Source of the DNA: Nitrosopumilus sp.
GTDB taxonomy: Archaea; Thermoproteota; Nitrososphaeria; Nitrososphaerales; Nitrosopumilaceae
Direction: 5' to 3'
Length of the DNA stretch: 64,000 nucleotides
NCBI GenBank assembly: GCA_963667665.2
Contig: OY763927.2
Coordinates: 1,376,001 to 1,440,000 of the forward strand
Shown: positions 19,942-29,143 of the stretch, in pieces
How positions within the stretch are numbered: position 1 is the stretch's first letter
Layout of the letters: every line of letters begins with the position of its first letter
The notes under the pieces: generated by a model
The model's input: only the letters and a program-made list of their open reading frames with translations
Databases searched by the model: none
What the model was told of the DNA's origin: nothing
Position numbers and translations under genes: made by a program

Positions 19942-21504
19942 ATGGAATTAATTGAAACAATTGAAAAGAAAACTGAATGGATCTTTTCAAAACCAATAAT
20001 TGGAATCATAATAATTTGTTTTGTTAGTATTGGATTACGTGTGTATTTTACACCCTGGTCATCTTTATCAAATTCACCGGATGCAGTATTTTATTTGATA
20101 AATGCGTTAGCTTTATCTGAATTTGGTTATAGTTATTTTCACATAGGATTTTTATGGCCATTAATTTTGTCAATTTTCTTTTCTATGTTTGATTTCCAGA
20201 ATAATTTAGAATATGTAAATTTAATGAGAATTATATCTATGGCAATATCTATTGTCACAATTCCAATAATATTTTTGGTTGCACAAAAATATGTTAAAAC
20301 AAAATTTGCTTTACTTATTTCAGCATTTTTTGCATTTGAGCCAAACTTAATTGAAAATTCAATTTTTGCAATTACTGAACCTTTGTTTATATTACTTGGA
20401 ATGATTACATTTTATTTTATTTTACAAAAAAATATAAAATTCTATTTATTGGCATTTGTTTTTGCAGGGTTATCTTTTGATACAAGAATCAACGGAATTA
20501 TGTTATTATTATTTTTGGTTGGAGTATCTATCATTAGAATTAAAGAGAGAAGAGTTATGTTACAAATAATTCTTGTAGGAATTACAATTTTTGTTGCAGT
20601 AGGTTTTGTACATATATCAATACCTTTAGAACATAATCAAATTCCATATCTATATCATTTTGAAAAGGTGTTTGGAATTATTAATGGAGAAGAAGTATTT
20701 TCTTCTACATATGATCCAACAAAAACACCAGATGGTGCATCTATTATTAAAAATTCATTACTTAACACATTTCTCTATATTTTCCGAATAAGTATTCCAT
20801 ATCTCATTTTATTTGTCCCAATAGGATTAATCATTTCCTTCAGAAATATTAATTTTGAAAAAAAAGTACTATATTTAGCAATAATTCTAACAATAATTAT
20901 TGCTATACCACAAAACACTATGTCAAATGAGTATAGAAATTTATTCTTTTTAATTCCTTTTTTCTGTATTCTTAGTGGAATAGGAATTCAAAAAATCACG
21001 GAGAATTTTAAATTAAAAAATATTTTATTAGTTTTATTAATTGGAGGATTAATTATTTTATCATATAATTTTCTTCGGGAGAGATATGATACAGATCAAG
21101 AAATCATAGAACAAAAAAATAATTTTGGAAAATACATTACAAAAAATTTCAATGGAAATTTTACTGGAGGTGAATTTGTTTGGATTGTACAAAATATGCA
21201 AGATGTAAAATATGTAAGTCTTGAGAAAGCAAAATTTTATTTCAATGATAATTTTGGATTTTTATGGGCAATTAATAGAGTTTATTCTGACGTAGACACT
21301 CTAATGGAAGATATGAAGAAAGAAGATATAGATTATCTAATTATCACTAAGGAACAAGATAAAAGATTTCCAATTTTTTCAAAGATATATAATAATGAAT
21401 CTGAGTTTTCATTTTTAACAAAAATTATCGATACTAAAGAAACAAAAGAATTTGAAAAAATTAATACAAAAATTTTTAAAATTAATTATGATAAGCTTGA
21501 ATAA
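19942..21504 (+). CDS. Membrane glycosyltransferase, GT-C fold (GT39/ArnT-like)
   Basis: Polytopic; D in first loop (SPDAVFY), TEPLF; soluble C-terminal domain. Confidence 0.7.
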   Translation: MELIETIEKKTEWIFSKPIIGIIIICFVSIGLRVYFTPWSSLSNSPDAVFYLINALALSEFGYSYFHIGFLWPLILSIFFSMFDFQNNLEYVNLMRIISMAISIVTIPIIFLVAQKYVKTKFALLISAFFAFEPNLIENSIFAITEPLFILLGMITFYFILQKNIKFYLLAFVFAGLSFDTRINGIMLLLFLVGVSIIRIKERRVMLQIILVGITIFVAVGFVHISIPLEHNQIPYLYHFEKVFGIINGEEVFSSTYDPTKTPDGASIIKNSLLNTFLYIFRISIPYLILFVPIGLIISFRNINFEKKVLYLAIILTIIIAIPQNTMSNEYRNLFFLIPFFCILSGIGIQKITENFKLKNILLVLLIGGLIILSYNFLRERYDTDQEIIEQKNNFGKYITKNFNGNFTGGEFVWIVQNMQDVKYVSLEKAKFYFNDNFGFLWAINRVYSDVDTLMEDMKKEDIDYLIITKEQDKRFPIFSKIYNNESEFSFLTKIIDTKETKEFEKINTKIFKINYDKLE

Positions 21505-22493
21505 AGTTTGAAATATTGTTTTCCAATATTTTTCCAATCATATTTTTCAACTTCATTAATTGCATTTCGTACAATGGAATCTCGAAGTTTTATATCCGAG
21601 AACAACTCATTGACAGATCCTAAAATTTCAGAGTGATTTTGAATCAAAATGCCAGTATTATGATCTGAAAGGATTTCCTTATTTCCACCAACATTTGTTG
21701 CAATTATAGCAGTTTTGCAAGCCATTGCTTCTAGAATACTAGTACTAATTCCTTCAATTAGAGAAGGCTGAATCAAAATATCTGAACCGCGAACAAGAGG
21801 AATGGTTTGTTCAGGTGGTAAATATCCAAGATAATGAATATTGTCTTGTTTTGAAGCTAGTTCAACTTTTTCTTCTTCAGGTCCATTTCCAACAATTAGC
21901 AGACTGGTATCATTTGATAGTTCTTTCATTATTGATAATAATTCTAAAATACCTTTTTCCTTTGATAGTCTTCCAACATAGATAATCTGTTTTTCAAACA
22001 TTTTCTTTTCAGATTGAGGTAAGGAATTAATATCAATTGCATTTGGAATGTGATAAGTATCAAATCCTAATTTTTGATAATGTTCTTGAGCTTCTTTAGA
22101 AACAACAGTTATTGCATCAGCCCATTCTAATGCACTATTCTCGTATTTTTTAGAAAATTTTCCAATAGTTTTACCATGTAACATATCAATTTGTTCAGAA
22201 AAAATTCCATGAAGAGTTAGTATTTTCTTTCCCTTTGCATTCTTCATAGCTTTTGCAGATGGAATGTTATGAACATGAACTATATCATAATTTTTCATAA
22301 ATTTTGTTTTTATAAAAGAAGAAATTAAAAAGCTTGGATTTTTTAATTTTTTAAATGGAATTGTTGGAGTATTTTCTGAAGAAATTATTTCAACTTGATG
22401 CCCATGCTCTTTTAGGAAAGTAATTAAATCTCTGACATGTTGTGCTATTCCTCCAATTCCTGACTGTGTAGGTGAAATAAGTAGAATTTTCAT
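21486..22493 (-). CDS. GT4 family glycosyltransferase (copy A)
   Basis: VGRLSKEKG, EGISTSILEAMAC. Confidence 0.92.
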   Translation of the reverse strand: MKILLISPTQSGIGGIAQHVRDLITFLKEHGHQVEIISSENTPTIPFKKLKNPSFLISSFIKTKFMKNYDIVHVHNIPSAKAMKNAKGKKILTLHGIFSEQIDMLHGKTIGKFSKKYENSALEWADAITVVSKEAQEHYQKLGFDTYHIPNAIDINSLPQSEKKMFEKQIIYVGRLSKEKGILELLSIMKELSNDTSLLIVGNGPEEEKVELASKQDNIHYLGYLPPEQTIPLVRGSDILIQPSLIEGISTSILEAMACKTAIIATNVGGNKEILSDHNTGILIQNHSEILGSVNELFSDIKLRDSIVRNAINEVEKYDWKNIGKQYFKLYSSLS

Positions 22494-22686
22494 AAATGAG
22501 ATTTAGATTTAGAACTTTTAAGGTATTGGATTAAAAAATTCTTTTACATTGTTGCTTGTGCTGCATCATGGAACATCTGACTCTTTGCACAACCAGCAGC
22601 GAGTTCATCGCCTGCTCCACGTCTCATAAGACCACGATAAAGGCCATCTTCTAGTTTGACGCCTTCTCTTTCTTCCCATTCCTCTA
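22274..22686. repeat. 413-bp direct repeat, copy 1 (GT4 5' end + intergenic + tes 3' end)
   Basis: Matches 25656-26068 (offset 3382); only two mismatches seen (22389/25771, 22637/26019). Confidence 0.97.
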
Positions 22687-22696
22687 GCTGTTGCAT
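22544..22696 (-). pseudogene. Duplicated tes 3' fragment, open as a 50-aa ORF
   Basis: MQQL + EEWEEREGVKLEDGLYRGLMRRGAGDELAAGCAKSQMFHDAAQATM*, identical to the last 46 aa of Tes. Confidence 0.75.
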
Positions 22697-22880
22697 TAGT
22701 TTTATCTAGTACAGCTGAAGCAATATTTCTATTTATTGTAAAAAAAACACAAAAAATTAATAAAGTTACGTAAGAATCAATAGAAATCCTTTGTTATAAA
22801 TTTAAAATCATTCAGCTTTAAATCTAAATGTTATTAAATGAATAAAAATAAAATTTCAAGTCAATAAATTAGTAAAATAA

Positions 22881-23885
22881 TTAATATAGATTTTTTAATA
22901 TTTTAGTTATTTCTTTTTTGGTAATTGGTTTTAAATTTTTAAAATATTGCTCTACATTAATTGCTTTTTTTGAATTTTTATATTTAGTTTTTGAAAATGG
23001 TTTGAATAAAGATGGTAGAATAAAAAAATCTTTAGTTTCCAATACATGCTCCATTTCAAAATCAGTAAGAAGATATTCAAATAACTTCTCACCAGGTCTA
23101 ATTCCAATATGTTTTGTCTTAATTTGAGTGGGTTTGAATCCATATTTTGGAGCTAGAATTTCTTTCATTACTTCAAAGAGTTCATTCAAATTCAATAATT
23201 GCATTTTAAGAATAAAAATTTCGCCTCCAGTAGCAATATTAGTTGCATTTACAATTAATTTAACAGCATCATTTTTAGTCATGAAAAATCGTTTCATTCT
23301 TTTATCAGTAAGTGTTATTGGTCCACCGTTTTTGATTTGATCTTCAATTCTAGGTAAAATTGAACCTCTTGTATGAAAAACATTTCCAAATCTTACAGAT
23401 GCAAAAATGGTTTTTGAATGTGAATTGAATGCTTCAGCAGATAATAATTTTTCACCCAACAGCTTAGTTGCCCCCATAACACCTATTGGGTTAACTGCTT
23501 TATCAGAACTTATAGAAATTACTTTTTTTACATTTTCATTTACAGCTGCTTTAACAATGTTATTTGTTCCAATAATGTTGACAGTAAAAGTTTCAAAAGG
23601 ATTTAGTTCGCATCTATCAACATGCTTTAAAGCAGCAGCATGAAAGATAATATCAATACCTTTTACTGCAAAATTTACTGTTTCAGAGTTTCTAATATCA
23701 CCTACAACATATTCAATTTTTTTATTTGTAAAAATTTGTTCCATTTCATATAAGCCATTTTCATCATTACTGAAAACTTTGATAGATTTTGCTCCATCTT
23801 CTAAAGCTTTTTTTACAATTGACTGACCAATAGAACCGGAACCACCAGTAACTAGAATATTTTTATTTTTTAGAATTGAAGTCAT
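22881..23885 (-). CDS. UDP-GlcNAc 4,6-dehydratase family (PseB/FnlA/CapD-like polysaccharide biosynthesis protein)
   Basis: TGGSGSIG, HAAALKHV, SSDKAVNP..MGATK, VRFGNV, GIRPGEKL. Confidence 0.9.
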   Translation of the reverse strand: MTSILKNKNILVTGGSGSIGQSIVKKALEDGAKSIKVFSNDENGLYEMEQIFTNKKIEYVVGDIRNSETVNFAVKGIDIIFHAAALKHVDRCELNPFETFTVNIIGTNNIVKAAVNENVKKVISISSDKAVNPIGVMGATKLLGEKLLSAEAFNSHSKTIFASVRFGNVFHTRGSILPRIEDQIKNGGPITLTDKRMKRFFMTKNDAVKLIVNATNIATGGEIFILKMQLLNLNELFEVMKEILAPKYGFKPTQIKTKHIGIRPGEKLFEYLLTDFEMEHVLETKDFFILPSLFKPFSKTKYKNSKKAINVEQYFKNLKPITKKEITKILKNLY

Positions 23886-24016
23886 TTATTAAATCACTAA
23901 AATACTAATTAATTAATCATGTCACACTCAACAAATTTACAAAAAATAATCAAAATTATGAAATACTTGACTATTAACAAGAAAAGCCATAGATGGATGT
24001 AATTTATGAGTAGACT

Positions 24017-24856
24017 ATGGATTCAATATTAGTTACAGGTTCATCGGGATTTATTGGAAGAAAAATTATAGAAAGATTATCCAAATCAGAAGTTTTAACA
24101 GATTCGGATAATTCTAAGCGAATAGATTTACGAAATATAAAAGAAGTATTAAAGATTGATTCTGCCGATGTCGTAATTCATTTAGCTGGAAAAACACCCA
24201 AGAAGGAATTAAAATGGAATAATTATTTTGATAATAATGTATCTGGGACATTAAATGTTTTAGAATACTGTATTAAAAAAAAAGTAAAAAAGTTGATTTA
24301 TGTAAGTAGTTATGTTTATGGTAATCCAGAATATTGTCCAATTGATGAAAATCATCCTGTAAATCCACATAGTGCTTATAATGAAAGTAAATATCTTGGA
24401 GAAAGATTATGCAAGTTCTATTGCGATAAAACTAAACTTAATTTAACAATACTAAGACCATTTAATATTTTTGGAGAATCAATGAATGAGGGTTTTTTGC
24501 TAACAAATCTAATCAATGCAGTAAAAACTGATAAAAAAATTACAATTGTAAATAAAAATAGTAAAAGAGATTTTTTATATATTGATGATTTTATTGATTT
24601 GGTTTTAAAGATCAAAGATTATAATTGTAAATTTGAAATTTTTAATGTTGGTACAGGGATTTCATTTTCATTTAATGATATTATTAAAAATATTGAATAC
24701 ATTACATCAAAAAAGCTAAATTTGGATTATTTAGAAGATGATAAAATATTCATTGGTGATATACAAGCTGATATTTCAAAGATTAAAAGGAAATTAAATT
24801 GGAAACCCAAAATTGAATTTGAAGAAGGGTTAAAAAAAATACTAAAAAATTGTTAG
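24017..24856 (+). CDS. NAD-dependent nucleotide-sugar epimerase/dehydratase
   Basis: TGSSGFIG, YNESK, LRPFNIFG. Confidence 0.88.
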   Translation: MDSILVTGSSGFIGRKIIERLSKSEVLTDSDNSKRIDLRNIKEVLKIDSADVVIHLAGKTPKKELKWNNYFDNNVSGTLNVLEYCIKKKVKKLIYVSSYVYGNPEYCPIDENHPVNPHSAYNESKYLGERLCKFYCDKTKLNLTILRPFNIFGESMNEGFLLTNLINAVKTDKKITIVNKNSKRDFLYIDDFIDLVLKIKDYNCKFEIFNVGTGISFSFNDIIKNIEYITSKKLNLDYLEDDKIFIGDIQADISKIKRKLNWKPKIEFEEGLKKILKNC

Positions 24857-25875
24857 GATTGTAAGACTTTTTCATATAAATCAACATAACGTTGACCAAT
24901 ATTTGACCAATCATATTTTTGAACTTCAGTATAAGCAGATGTAGAAATTTTTTCTTGAAGATTTTTATCATTTACTAATTCAACAATTTTTTTTAATAGT
25001 ATTTTCGAATCTCCAGGCGCAATCAATATGCCTACGTTATTATTTCCAAGTAATTCTTTATTGCCACCAATATTTGTGGCAATTATTGGTGTTTTACATG
25101 CCATGGCTTCAAGTAATGATGAACTAATCCCTTCTGCAAATGATGGTTGAATTAATGCAGTAGAACCACGTATTAGTGAAATAGTTTTTTCTTTTGGTTG
25201 ATATCCTAAAAAATGTATATTTTCTTTATTTTTTGTAGATTCTATTACAGTATTTTCCTCGGGACCACTACCAATTATTAATAAATGAATGTCATTTGGA
25301 AGTTCTTTAATGGTTTCTAAGATAGTAAGTATTCCTTTTTCTTTTGATAATCTTCCAGCAAAAATTATTTGTTTTTCATATCGTGAATCAGAACCAGTAG
25401 GTAATGAATTGATATCTATAGCATTTGGAACATAATAGACATTTGAATTTAGTTTACTATAATACTCGTAAGCATCTTTAGAACCTGCTGTTATTACATC
25501 TGCCCATTCTAAAGCATTTTTTTCATATCTATTAGAAAGTTTTGAGCTTAACTCACCATGTAATAATCCAATTTGTTCACTATATACTCCATGAATAGTA
25601 AGAATTTTTTTTGCTGAGATGTTCTTCATTGCTAATGCAGCTATTGGGTGTAGTGCATGAACTATATCATAATTTTTCATAAATTTTGTTTTTATAAAAG
25701 AAGAAATTAAAAAGCTTGGATTTTTTAATTTTTTAAATGGAATTGTTGGAGTATTTTCTGAAGAAATTATCTCAACTTGATGCCCATGCTCTTTTAGGAA
25801 AGTAATTAAATCTCTGACATGTTGTGCTATTCCTCCAATTCCTGACTGTGTAGGTGAAATAAGTAGAATTTTCAT
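24853..25875 (-). CDS. GT4 family glycosyltransferase (copy B)
   Basis: AGRLSKEKG, EGISSSLLEAMAC; first 73 aa identical to copy A. Confidence 0.92.
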   Translation of the reverse strand: MKILLISPTQSGIGGIAQHVRDLITFLKEHGHQVEIISSENTPTIPFKKLKNPSFLISSFIKTKFMKNYDIVHALHPIAALAMKNISAKKILTIHGVYSEQIGLLHGELSSKLSNRYEKNALEWADVITAGSKDAYEYYSKLNSNVYYVPNAIDINSLPTGSDSRYEKQIIFAGRLSKEKGILTILETIKELPNDIHLLIIGSGPEENTVIESTKNKENIHFLGYQPKEKTISLIRGSTALIQPSFAEGISSSLLEAMACKTPIIATNIGGNKELLGNNNVGILIAPGDSKILLKKIVELVNDKNLQEKISTSAYTEVQKYDWSNIGQRYVDLYEKVLQS

Positions 25876-26068
25876 AAATGAGATTTAGATTTAGAACTTT
25901 TAAGGTATTGGATTAAAAAATTCTTTTACATTGTTGCTTGTGCTGCATCATGGAACATCTGACTCTTTGCACAACCAGCAGCGAGTTCATCGCCTGCTCC
26001 ACGTCTCATAAGACCACGGTAAAGGCCATCTTCTAGTTTGACGCCTTCTCTTTCTTCCCATTCCTCTA
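25656..26068. repeat. 413-bp direct repeat, copy 2
   Basis: Matches 22274-22686. Confidence 0.97.
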
Positions 26069-27590
26069 CAGTAATAGAGAATTTCTTTTGAATTCTATCT
26101 CTATACCATTCAGGAATTACATTAAATGCACAAAATGGAACTATTCTAAGGTCTGGTGTCACATAATGAATATCACATCTTTGTAGTCTTTCCAAATCTT
26201 CGTTGTATTTGTCTTGAAAGTGCATCATTCCAAGGAATAATCCCTTGACATGCCATGAACCAATTGAATCAAATGATCTCTTCATGAGTATATTACCGAA
26301 CATCTTTGCTAGGTCTAATCCTGCTGGTTGTTTCTTTGTATCAACATATCCTTTGAGTTTTCTTACAACTTCTAGCATTGTAAAGTACTTGTTTTTACCA
26401 GAACGAATCTCTTCTGCTTTATCCTCAAATAATTCCAACATTCCTTGAATATCACAGAATTTTGTTAGTGGAACAAACTTCTTTGTATCTGCATCCTCAA
26501 AGATGTAAGTTCCTGCTCCACAAGCAAAGTGAATTGATAATTCATATTTTGGTTTGCTTGAGAATGCTTCAATTACATTTGTTAGTGGCATACAACTTGG
26601 TACTGGGAACCAATCATCAACAGTTACCTCACCATTTGTTTGCTCTTCAATTCTTTGTACACAATCAGGTACTGTAATTCTATATTTTTCACGTTCAGTT
26701 TTACCCATTCTTCCAGTTAGTGATACTGGTTGAAAGTTTACAGCATGAACTATATCCATGTTCTTTTGTGCATATCTGATAATTCCACCTAATTCGTGGT
26801 CGTTAATTGATTTGATTACTGTTGGAACAAATACTACCGAAGTACCAGTCTTTCTGCAACTATCAAGTGCATATGGAATCTCCCAGTGGTTCTTTGGGTT
26901 TGTTCTTGCAGTTACACCATCAAAGGAAAGATACAAGTTGTTACATCCAGCAAGTCTTACTTCTCTTGCTGCCTCTGGATCCATTGCGTGTCGGATTCCA
27001 TTGGTATTCATTTGGATATGGTCAACTCCTTCTTCTTTCATTATTTTAATAACATCAGCAATGTCTTCTCTGAGCATTGGTTCACCACCAGTAATTTGCA
27101 TAGAGTTTCCTGGAATTGGTCTTTCAGCTCTTAGAGTTTTCATCATTGCTCTGATTTGAGTATGATCTGGCTCATACATGTAAGCGCCTTCCAATCCCTT
27201 CTTTACATAAAAGAAACAATACCAGCATGTTAAATCACATCTGTTAGTTACAATCATGTTTGCTAGTCCACTGTGAGATAGGTGGTTTGAGCATAATCCA
27301 CAGTTATTTGGACAAGAACATCTGTCAATCATTACATTTGGAGAATGAGCACCTTTGCCATCCACCCAGTATGTACTGAATTTTTTATACATTTGATAAG
27401 AACCAAAATACAACTCCTCACATTCGCCGTGAGTTGGACATACTTTAGTCATAAAGACCTGATTATCTCGCTCAAAGACTTCTGCATCGAGAATCATATT
27501 ACAATCAGGACAAATACTTTGAGTGAATCGGATTGTGGTCTTTTTGCTTAGATTTTTAGTCGATTGATTAGATATCTGAATTAGAGCCAT
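25926..27590 (-). CDS. tes: Tetraether lipid synthase (radical SAM; GDGT-MAS/MJ0619 family)
   Basis: N-terminal SICPDC..CPTHG, CPNNCGLCSNH, TNRCDLTCWYCF, C-terminal RCDIHY..PFCAFN. Confidence 0.88.
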   Translation of the reverse strand: MALIQISNQSTKNLSKKTTIRFTQSICPDCNMILDAEVFERDNQVFMTKVCPTHGECEELYFGSYQMYKKFSTYWVDGKGAHSPNVMIDRCSCPNNCGLCSNHLSHSGLANMIVTNRCDLTCWYCFFYVKKGLEGAYMYEPDHTQIRAMMKTLRAERPIPGNSMQITGGEPMLREDIADVIKIMKEEGVDHIQMNTNGIRHAMDPEAAREVRLAGCNNLYLSFDGVTARTNPKNHWEIPYALDSCRKTGTSVVFVPTVIKSINDHELGGIIRYAQKNMDIVHAVNFQPVSLTGRMGKTEREKYRITVPDCVQRIEEQTNGEVTVDDWFPVPSCMPLTNVIEAFSSKPKYELSIHFACGAGTYIFEDADTKKFVPLTKFCDIQGMLELFEDKAEEIRSGKNKYFTMLEVVRKLKGYVDTKKQPAGLDLAKMFGNILMKRSFDSIGSWHVKGLFLGMMHFQDKYNEDLERLQRCDIHYVTPDLRIVPFCAFNVIPEWYRDRIQKKFSITVEEWEEREGVKLEDGLYRGLMRRGAGDELAAGCAKSQMFHDAAQATM

Positions 27591-27618
27591 GCCTACATTG
27601 GGAATTTTTCCGAATTAG

Positions 27619-27625
27619 TATATAA
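27619..27625 (-). promoter_or_regulatory. Putative TATA box for tes (TTATATA)
   Basis: About 29 nt upstream of the tes ATG, typical spacing for a leaderless archaeal transcript. Confidence 0.5.
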
Positions 27626-27675
27626 TGCATTTCATACTTGCCCCCGTGGGGAGTTTAGGAGGTAGGCATATGCAG

Positions 27676-27683
27676 TTTAAATA
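27676..27683 (+). promoter_or_regulatory. Putative TATA box for the trmB-mntR genes (TTTAAATA)
   Basis: About 24-31 nt upstream of ATG 27707. Confidence 0.55.
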
Positions 27684-27706
27684 CCAAAACTGATCGACAA
27701 GATCGC

Positions 27707-28474
27707 ATGAGCATATCTGACAAAACAAAAAAGGCTTTAGAAAAAATTGGTCTTACAAGTTATGAAATCAGAACATTTACTGCTTTACTCAAAACTGGAG
27801 AACAAACAGCATCAGATCTTAGTCAAAAGTCAGGAGTGCCATATTCAAAAATTTATGAAGTGTTAGGAACTCTAGAAGAAAAAAGTTGGATTGGCTCAGA
27901 TGATTCAAGACCAACAAAATATTTTGCAAAATCACCATCAACAGGACTAGAAACTACAAAACAAAAAATAGAAAATGATTTTTTACAGCATCAAAGTGTA
28001 ATTCTAAACGAATTAGTTCCATTGTATGAAAAAAGTGGAACAAGCGAAAAACCAGACATTTGGGTACTTTCAGGTTCAGCCAACATTGCTGCTAAAATTT
28101 TAGAAATGGTAGAGTCATGTAGAAGTGAAGTAATGATTGCAGTACCTGAAGCAGGTGAAGAATTAGTTAAACAAGCATTACCAAAATTAAGAGCACTTCA
28201 TGATAAAGGAGTAGAAATTACAATACTTATTTCAGATAAAATAGATAAAGAATCCATCAAGGCAATCAAAAGAGTTGCAAGTGTAAAAATCAAGAAAGGT
28301 TTGTTTGGAGGAGGTATAATATCTGACAAAAGATATGTGGTAATATTATTAGGTCCAGAAATAACAGGTGAAAGCTCTTCAGATATAGTTGCAATTTGGG
28401 CAGATCATGCCGGATTAGCAGGATTTGCACATCAATACTTCGAATATTTATTAAAAGATTCAAAGAAGGTATAA
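27707..28474 (+). CDS. TrmB family transcriptional regulator
   Basis: GLTSYE..SGVPYSKIYEVL wHTH followed by effector domain. Confidence 0.9.
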   Translation: MSISDKTKKALEKIGLTSYEIRTFTALLKTGEQTASDLSQKSGVPYSKIYEVLGTLEEKSWIGSDDSRPTKYFAKSPSTGLETTKQKIENDFLQHQSVILNELVPLYEKSGTSEKPDIWVLSGSANIAAKILEMVESCRSEVMIAVPEAGEELVKQALPKLRALHDKGVEITILISDKIDKESIKAIKRVASVKIKKGLFGGGIISDKRYVVILLGPEITGESSSDIVAIWADHAGLAGFAHQYFEYLLKDSKKV

Positions 28475-28475
28475 T

Positions 28476-28925
28476 ATGGATACACCAAATGATGAGATTC
28501 TATTTGTAGGAACTGCAGATGCAGAGCATATAGAGATGTATCTAAAGGCAATTTGGCATATTAAAGAAAGAAAAGAAGATGTCAAAATTAGTACCATTGC
28601 AAAAATGCTCAAAGTTAGACAGCCAAGTGTAGTTCAAATGCTTAAAAAATTAAATGGTAAAGATTTGGTTAATTACAACAAAGCAGGAGTAAAACTCACA
28701 GAAGAAGGTCAAGCAGTAGGTGCAAGTATGATGAGAAATAGTAGATTATTAGAGGTTCTCATGGAAAGTGCACTAAAAGTAAAAATTGATGAGGAAATGG
28801 TATGTGGAATTGAACATCATATGAAAAAGGAATTTACAAATGCTCTGTGTACAATGCTAAAGCATCCAAGAACATGTCCACATGATCGTGAAATTCCAAT
28901 GGGTGAATGTTGTCAATCATCTTGA
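28476..28925 (+). CDS. DtxR/MntR family metal-dependent transcriptional regulator
   Basis: EMYLKAI, VRQPSVVQM, RLLE, CGIEHH, TCPH. Confidence 0.9.
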   Translation: MDTPNDEILFVGTADAEHIEMYLKAIWHIKERKEDVKISTIAKMLKVRQPSVVQMLKKLNGKDLVNYNKAGVKLTEEGQAVGASMMRNSRLLEVLMESALKVKIDEEMVCGIEHHMKKEFTNALCTMLKHPRTCPHDREIPMGECCQSS

Positions 28926-28974
28926 ATAAAATAATATCCTAAAAGATATATCATCTAAAAAATAATATTTTATC

Positions 28975-29139
28975 ATGACATGTTTTTGTGGATGTAAAAC
29001 ATATGAAAAAAATGATGATGGATTCAAGATAGCATGTGTAAAATGTGGTCACGGACCTCAAAATCATGATGATAAATTTAGAGAATCTGCAAGAAAAAAT
29101 GAATCACAAAGTCAAAAACGTGATGTAGACTTTGGATAG
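28975..29139 (+). CDS. 54-aa Cys/His-rich micro-protein (putative metal-binding)
   Basis: Manual translation MTCFCGCKTYEKNDDGFKIACVKCGHGPQNHDDKF...VDFG*; fills the intergenic gap. Confidence 0.7.
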   Translation: MTCFCGCKTYEKNDDGFKIACVKCGHGPQNHDDKFRESARKNESQSQKRDVDFG

Positions 29140-29143
29140 AAAA

